DNA of 48,997 nucleotides from contig DAHWIK010000038.1 of the NCBI GenBank assembly GCA_027345185.1, forward strand, positions 1 to 48,997. Direction: 5' to 3'. This document shows, piece after piece, positions 43,301 through 48,997 of the stretch. The stretch's first letter is position 1. Every line of letters starts with the position of its first letter. The notes beneath the pieces were generated by a model that saw only the letters and a list, made by a program, of their open reading frames with translations, was not told the origin of the DNA and searched no databases. This stretch comes from Candidatus Micrarchaeota archaeon (GTDB lineage Archaea > Micrarchaeota > Micrarchaeia > Micrarchaeales > CABMGC01). Position numbers and translations under genes: made by a program.

Positions 43301-45547
43301 ATGAACAAGCTAATAGTGGCGGAAAAGCCAAGTGTAGCGATAAGGATAGCCATGGCCCTGGGCGAATCCAGGCCGAGGGCCGAGAACATAAATGGCATAA
43401 GGTACTTTGTTGTAACCCGGGGAACGGACCAGATATTCATCGTGGCAGCTGCAGGGCACCTGTTTACTCTCACGCAGTTGGGTCCGAACAAGACCCCGGT
43501 TTTCGATATAGAATGGACCCCATCATACAAGGTCAGCTCCGGCGCATACTTCACAAAGAAGTACCTGGATGCCATAGAGATTGTTGGCAGGCAGTGCAGC
43601 TTCTTCATAAACGCGTGCGACTACGATATAGAGGGCACGGTGATAGGCACAAACATAATAAAGCAGGTCATGAACAAGAACGTAAATTCAGAGCTCCAGA
43701 GTGCGAACGTGAAGAGGATGAGGTTCTCCACCACTACAAATGCAGACCTAATAGAATCGTATTCAAGCCTGAATGAATTCGACAACCTGAACTTCGATGC
43801 CGGAGAGACAAGGCACAAGCTCGACTGGATGTGGGGCATAAACATGAGCAGGGCCCTCATGGCGGCCATATCAGCAAAAGGCATACGGAAGACTCTCAGC
43901 GTGGGGAGGGTTCAGGGCCCAACCCTTAGCATACTCGCAAAGCGCGAGATAGAGATAAAGGGCTTCGTACCAAAGCCTTACTGGAAGATAGTGATAACTG
44001 CCAAAGGGGTGAACTTCGAGGCGAACAACAAGGAGATATTCGAGAGGGAGGCAGCCGACAGGCTCTTCGATAAGGCAAAGGCAAGTCAGATAAAGGTGAA
44101 GTCTGTCGAAAAGGAGGAGAGGGGGGCGAGACCGTTTCCCCCATTTGACCTGACGTCCCTGCAGCTTGAGGCGAGCAGGGTCTTCCACATAGACCCGTCA
44201 AGGACGCTTGCCGTGGCGCAGACCCTGTACGAACGCTCATACATATCATATCCAAGGACGTCATCGCAGAAGCTCCCGCCGACCCTCAATCTGCCAAGAG
44301 TGCTCACAGACCTGGCCAAGCAGCCCAAATATTCCGAATCCGCCACAAAGCTGATAAACGAGAAGAGGTTCAGACCTGCCGAGGGAGCAAAGACCGACGA
44401 GGCGCATCCTGCAATATATCCCACCGGAGAGGATCCGAAGAAGATGGGAGATGAGGAGGAAAAGGTATATGACCTCATAACAAGGAGGTTCCTCGCGTGC
44501 TTCGGCGACTACTCCAAGTCAGAACTAAGGAAGGTTGCAATAGATGTTGGCGGGGACGAGTATAGGGCAAGCGGAGAGTCGACGTCATTCAAGGGATGGA
44601 TAGACATATACAAGTACTTCACCCCGAAGGACAACCCCCTACCAGACTTCGCTGTAGGCGAACAGATATTCCCAGAAAAGATTGACATGAAGAGCCTAAA
44701 GACCCTGCCGCCAAAGAGGTTCAGCAAGGCAAGCCTAATATCCCTTTTGGAAAGCAAGGACCTTGGCACAAAGGCCACAAGGGCCGAGATTATAGACACC
44801 CTGTTCAGGAGGGACTACATAAAGGGATCCAGCATAGAGGTCACCGAATTCGGCCTGAGCATATACAACGCGCTTTCAAAATACTGCCCCGACATACTCG
44901 ACGAGGAAATGACAAAGAAGCTCGAGTCCGACATGGAGAAGATACAGAAAGGCCAGGAGAAAAAGTCGGTAGTCATAGGTGAAGGAAAGGAGATAATAAC
45001 AAAGCTCATCGGGGAGTTCAGGGGCAAGGAGGCACAGATAGGAGACGAGCTGCTCAAGGGACTTAAGGAGAGCGAGAACTCGAGCCTCATAGGCCCATGC
45101 AAGGTGGACGGAGGAAACCTTATACTCAGAAGGTCAAAGATGGGGAAGAATTTCATAGGCTGTTCAAACTATCCGAAGTGTACCAACACGTACTCCGTGC
45201 CGCAGAACGCGAAGATAGTGGCGACAGGAAAGATGTGCGAGCTCTGCCATACACCTAAGATAAAGGTCTTCAGGAAGGGAAAAAGGCCCTTTGAGATGGA
45301 TCTCGATCCGAACTGCGAATCCAAGAAGGATTGGGCGAAGCCTGGAGAACAGAAACCAGAGGCCAAGAAGGCGTCTGAGATAAAGTCAGCAGCAGCCCAA
45401 GTAAGAGAAGAGATAAAATCAGTGGCCATTGCAACTGCCGAGGCAAAGCCCGTAACAGCATCAAAAGACATCAAATCAAAAAAGAAGGCCGCCCCAAAGA
45501 AAAGGCCGCCAAAGAAGGAGAAGGCCGGCAGAAATGGAAGCAAGTAG
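43301..45547 (+). CDS. topA: Type IA DNA topoisomerase (archaeal Topo I/III) with C-terminal zinc ribbons and a Lys-rich tail
   Basis: LIVAEKPSVA, TOPRIM ACDYDIEGT, catalytic Tyr in ISYPRTSS, Cys4-type ribbons (CKVDGG..CSNYPKC and CELCHTP) and a KKKAAPKKRPPKKEK tail. Confidence 0.9.
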   Translation: MNKLIVAEKPSVAIRIAMALGESRPRAENINGIRYFVVTRGTDQIFIVAAAGHLFTLTQLGPNKTPVFDIEWTPSYKVSSGAYFTKKYLDAIEIVGRQCSFFINACDYDIEGTVIGTNIIKQVMNKNVNSELQSANVKRMRFSTTTNADLIESYSSLNEFDNLNFDAGETRHKLDWMWGINMSRALMAAISAKGIRKTLSVGRVQGPTLSILAKREIEIKGFVPKPYWKIVITAKGVNFEANNKEIFEREAADRLFDKAKASQIKVKSVEKEERGARPFPPFDLTSLQLEASRVFHIDPSRTLAVAQTLYERSYISYPRTSSQKLPPTLNLPRVLTDLAKQPKYSESATKLINEKRFRPAEGAKTDEAHPAIYPTGEDPKKMGDEEEKVYDLITRRFLACFGDYSKSELRKVAIDVGGDEYRASGESTSFKGWIDIYKYFTPKDNPLPDFAVGEQIFPEKIDMKSLKTLPPKRFSKASLISLLESKDLGTKATRAEIIDTLFRRDYIKGSSIEVTEFGLSIYNALSKYCPDILDEEMTKKLESDMEKIQKGQEKKSVVIGEGKEIITKLIGEFRGKEAQIGDELLKGLKESENSSLIGPCKVDGGNLILRRSKMGKNFIGCSNYPKCTNTYSVPQNAKIVATGKMCELCHTPKIKVFRKGKRPFEMDLDPNCESKKDWAKPGEQKPEAKKASEIKSAAAQVREEIKSVAIATAEAKPVTASKDIKSKKKAAPKKRPPKKEKAGRNGSK

Positions 45548-45628
45548 ATCAAACTGTTCAGTGCAGTATGCATTTAAGGGGTCAGGCCAGACACCTGTCA
45601 TAGCCAAGATGCATCAAAGCAGTTAAAT

Positions 45629-46267
45629 ATGGTCGCCAAGATAATAATCCCAGCTGAAAAAATGTTCATATATCCAAGGATGTACCGCAAGATGAAGAGG
45701 GGTCCGCAGGTGATACTGCCCAAGGACATAGGTATAATCATAGCCTATTCGGGAATAGACAAGGACAGCGTATGCGTAGATGCTGGAACTGGAAGCGGAT
45801 GGCTGGCTGTGAGCCTTGCAAGGCTCTGCAAGCACGTTTACAGCTATGACATTAGGCCAGACTTCATAAGCATAGGGGAGAAGAACAGGGCTCTTCTAGG
45901 GCTTGACAACATAGATTTTGTTAACAGGGACGTGACAAAGGGAATACTCCAGAAAGGCGTTGATCTCGTAGCTTTAGACATGCCCGGATCCGACAAGGCC
46001 CTGGCAAGTGCAAAGAAGGCTCTCAAGCCAGGCGGCGTTGTGGTAGGATACCTTCCGCACACAGAGCAGATGAAGAAGTTCGCAGAGCGACTGGAGAAGC
46101 TGCAGTTCAGCGACCTTCATGCGGTCGAGGTAATAGTCAGGGACATGATGGTCAGGAAGGAGGGCACAAGGCCTTCAACAAAGGGCATATGGCATACTGC
46201 ATACCTGCTCTTCGCTAGAAAATCCGAATCAATTCCGAATCAATTTAAACCTTATCCTGCAATATAA
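45629..46267 (+). CDS. trmI: tRNA (adenine-N1)-methyltransferase TrmI/Gcd14 family
   Basis: RGPQVILPKDIGIIIAYSGI.., the SAM motif VDAGTGSGWLAVSLA, and LDMPG. Confidence 0.75.
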   Translation: MVAKIIIPAEKMFIYPRMYRKMKRGPQVILPKDIGIIIAYSGIDKDSVCVDAGTGSGWLAVSLARLCKHVYSYDIRPDFISIGEKNRALLGLDNIDFVNRDVTKGILQKGVDLVALDMPGSDKALASAKKALKPGGVVVGYLPHTEQMKKFAERLEKLQFSDLHAVEVIVRDMMVRKEGTRPSTKGIWHTAYLLFARKSESIPNQFKPYPAI

Positions 46268-46305
46268 TCTAATCACTGCGGATTTTCCGGAATTCGGTAG
46301 ATATT

Positions 46306-48816
46306 TTGACTAGTGAAAACGAAGATAACCACCAACATCATGTTGCTGAAAGCGGTGCTACTCATGAGCACAGCGCACACGATGGTCATCAAGCGCACCA
46401 CCCAAAATCCTCATCGCTTGTCAGGATAAAGTCGTGGTTCACTCCTGCAAACTGCACATTCCTCGTTCTGGCTGCCATAGCAGCCATACTTGCCGTCCAC
46501 TACAGGACAACCATGCTAAACTTCTACGGCTTTTATGAACCGGACGGATTCTACTATTTCACTGCCATGCGGGCCATAGTCAACAACGGTTTACAGTTTC
46601 CTCCTGTGCTTGGCATATCGGGATGGCCGCAGCACTCGCCGATAGCCGAGGCCCATGGAATCTACTATCTGACCCTAATACCCTATGTGCTTCTCGGAGA
46701 GAGCGTGAGCTACTACACCATAATGCGGCTGCTGCCTGTGCTCTTCGCGCTTCTAGATATGTTCGGCGCTTACATGCTCTCAAGGTATATAAGCAGGGAC
46801 AAGCTCTTCGGGTTCTTCGTACTGCTTTTCGTGGCCCTCAGCATGGGCAATGCCGCGAGGACGAGTGCGCTTGTGTACAGGGGGGACAGCTTTGTCACTT
46901 TCTTCCTGATAGCCGCATTGGTATTCTTCGTCGAGGTTATTAAACAGGAGGATCATAAAAAAAGGCTGATGATGTCAGTTGCAGCTGCAATCTCGCTGCT
47001 TCTGGCGAACATGGTATGGAACGGGTCTCCGTTCACTACTGTCATATTCATAGTGTCATTTGTCATTCTTATTTCATATGCATTTATATTCAGGAAGGAT
47101 AAGCTGATCGAGAGCAGCAAATACCTTCTCGTGTCGCTGCTGTTGTGGTTCGTGCTTGTGAACATGGTAAAGGCAACCGGATTCATACCTTCACAGCAGC
47201 TTACAGGCCTTTCATTCATACCTATCTATATCGGCCTGTTACTCATCTGGTTGATGGCCCATTATTCAAATTCAAGCCAGCTTCCGGATTTCATGAGGTT
47301 GCCCTTGTACAGGTTTTTCATCCTGCTGTTCGTTGTCGTAGCTGGACTTGCGTTATTCGCCCTGCTCGATCCTACGACCATACATAACATATTCATAGGA
47401 AACGGATTCGTGGCGCCTACGTCATTCGCTTCCACAACACAGGAGCTGCAACCTCCGACATGCATGTTCCTGTATACCAGTTTCGGACTCAATCTCTTCA
47501 CAGCGCTGCCAAACCTGGTAATGACACTGACAACACTGGCAAACGGGCTCCAGTGCCAGGGTGCAGTGACAGGCGCAATGCAGTCGATATGGACAGAGTC
47601 ATATGGCGTGTATGGAATAATATTGCTGCTGTTGCTCTTCATACCTTACCTGTTCATGCAGGTATACGATTCGCAGGGACTGCTTGGCGGAAAGCCAAGG
47701 CTGAAGTTTGACGCAACTCCGGGAATGATCACCCTGATGGCATTCTTCATAATCACCGGATACTTGCAGATGCACGTAATAAGATACAACTCGCTGCTCT
47801 CCGTTCCTCTTGCCATCCTGAGCGCATTCACCCTGTACTGGTTCATACTGGTGGCTAACAACCTCAAGAACTTTACGGCAAGGGCAGTCTCCCTTGTAAT
47901 ACTTGGAATCATATTCATATACATCCTATACCAATTGGTATACTATGCAGGGCTTTATTCAAGCGGACTTACGCAGGCTGACAGCATAAACCCCCAATTC
48001 ATAAGCGCACTGCAGTGGCTTAAGGCAAACTCCCCGCCCACAAGCGTTGTGCTTACCCTTTGGCCTGACGGATCGGTGGTTGAGGGAATAGCAAACAGGA
48101 CCAGCGTAATGGACAGCGTAGGATCGGAGAACGGATCCAAGATCACGCCGTTTGACGCATGGCTGCTTAATACAACCCCAGATCCGCAGCTTCTTACGAC
48201 CCCTACACTGATCGGAAGCCCCAACTATCTCCTGGTAAGGACAACCTGGCTGCAGGAGACCCAGGGGGTCTTCACAGAGGCAAACTCCTCTGGCGCAATG
48301 AAGGGGGTAAACATCTCCTTGTATGGATACGCACCTCTGGTATCATTTTCGGAATCTGCAGTAAACTCCACATTCAGGCAGATAACACTCAGTCCAGACC
48401 CAAGCTACAAATACCCAGATGTTTTGTTCAGCATGAGCTATTCTAACGCCACCGGGAAGCTTCAGGGAATATACGGCACGTTTCAAATCTCGCAGAGTGA
48501 AGAATCTCCATTCCAGCAGGTAGTACTCTATGACCAGCAGACAGCGAACTTCAGCATAGTAAATCAGGGTCTTGCTAACCGGACCAACGGCGAGATGCTA
48601 TTGCTACAATATTCCCAGGTTCCAAGGAGCGGATTCTTCCTAAATCTCACAGGTGCGTACGTATTCGCAGCAGGCATAGCAAACAGCAACATGCTAAAGT
48701 TCCTATACCTGTGCAACGACTACCAGTGCGTGTGGGACAACAGCAAGGCAACCATGCATCTGGTTTACATCAACTCCGACACAAGGATATTCAGGATAAA
48801 CTACAACGCAACCTAA
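46306..48816 (+). CDS. aglB: Oligosaccharyltransferase AglB (STT3 family) with a variant WWDYG motif
   Basis: First-loop acidic motif YEPDGFYYFTAMR, about 13 TM helices, and ALQWLKANSPPTSVVLTLWPDGSVVEG in the position of the WWDYG block. A large C-terminal soluble domain follows. TTG start and a His-rich N-terminus. Confidence 0.75.
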   Translation: MTSENEDNHQHHVAESGATHEHSAHDGHQAHHPKSSSLVRIKSWFTPANCTFLVLAAIAAILAVHYRTTMLNFYGFYEPDGFYYFTAMRAIVNNGLQFPPVLGISGWPQHSPIAEAHGIYYLTLIPYVLLGESVSYYTIMRLLPVLFALLDMFGAYMLSRYISRDKLFGFFVLLFVALSMGNAARTSALVYRGDSFVTFFLIAALVFFVEVIKQEDHKKRLMMSVAAAISLLLANMVWNGSPFTTVIFIVSFVILISYAFIFRKDKLIESSKYLLVSLLLWFVLVNMVKATGFIPSQQLTGLSFIPIYIGLLLIWLMAHYSNSSQLPDFMRLPLYRFFILLFVVVAGLALFALLDPTTIHNIFIGNGFVAPTSFASTTQELQPPTCMFLYTSFGLNLFTALPNLVMTLTTLANGLQCQGAVTGAMQSIWTESYGVYGIILLLLLFIPYLFMQVYDSQGLLGGKPRLKFDATPGMITLMAFFIITGYLQMHVIRYNSLLSVPLAILSAFTLYWFILVANNLKNFTARAVSLVILGIIFIYILYQLVYYAGLYSSGLTQADSINPQFISALQWLKANSPPTSVVLTLWPDGSVVEGIANRTSVMDSVGSENGSKITPFDAWLLNTTPDPQLLTTPTLIGSPNYLLVRTTWLQETQGVFTEANSSGAMKGVNISLYGYAPLVSFSESAVNSTFRQITLSPDPSYKYPDVLFSMSYSNATGKLQGIYGTFQISQSEESPFQQVVLYDQQTANFSIVNQGLANRTNGEMLLLQYSQVPRSGFFLNLTGAYVFAAGIANSNMLKFLYLCNDYQCVWDNSKATMHLVYINSDTRIFRINYNAT

Positions 48817-48997
48817 TGATTCGCTCCGGCTCGTCAGGCACAAGCGTCAAATATAAATGTGACATCCTACTATGTTGATTTGACTGCAGCAGAACGCCGC
48901 AATCAATAATGTTTCCCGGTTAATTCATGATTCACCTTGCAGTCTTTTATACCTTTATACCAAATTCATAATGTTCTACTATTCATCGCATATCGAT

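Noticed and set aside
1-48997. Search for CRISPR arrays, rRNA genes and additional tRNAs
   Set aside because: By eye I found no regularly spaced direct repeats, no rRNA-like segments, and no further T-arm/acceptor-stem combinations beyond tRNA-Val at 2079-2149. A tRNAscan/Infernal run would be more sensitive than my reading.

Overview
This is an archaeal chromosomal segment. Hallmark genes are GGGP synthase, archaeal DnaG, Hjc, NAC, LonB, Top6A, TruD, an AglB/STT3-type oligosaccharyltransferase and a ThrRS with the archaeal editing domain. Several genes have a TATA-like box about 25-45 nt upstream of the ATG. Lineage is uncertain. Many proteins look Thermoplasmata-like, but a Top6A gene argues against Thermoplasmatales proper, so an acidophilic DPANN or another Thermoplasmata lineage is possible. 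The left edge (1-2078) is the end of an integrated element sitting at the 3' end of tRNA-Val(GAC): a tyrosine integrase, a small ORF and an AT-rich cargo gene. The rest is housekeeping genes mixed with a large cell-envelope and glycosylation set: a Tat-signal GH76, a processive GT2, a two-gene S-layer-like module plus a small paralog, a GT-C membrane protein, an AP-superfamily enzyme, a GT4, an ArnE/F-like pair and AglB. The most unusual locus is central (24.7-28.4 kb). It holds a small RHH regulator, a bacterial-type CysD/CysN pair, a 108-aa orphan and a CysH-fold paralog that lacks the catalytic C-terminal cysteine motif. The RHH protein, CysD and the CysH-fold protein all end in nearly the same KLR[AE]LGY tail, and TGTTA/TAACA palindromes sit in both promoter regions of the locus. 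Other notable items are an AbiEii/AbiEi pair in inverted order, a frameshifted PspC gene, a frameshifted Xre/DUF2384-like gene convergent with a Nudix gene, lon-top6A translational coupling with no top6B nearby, and a truncated NFACT protein. No CRISPR array and no rRNA were seen. Every functional call rests on by-eye motif and homology recognition and has not been checked against any database.
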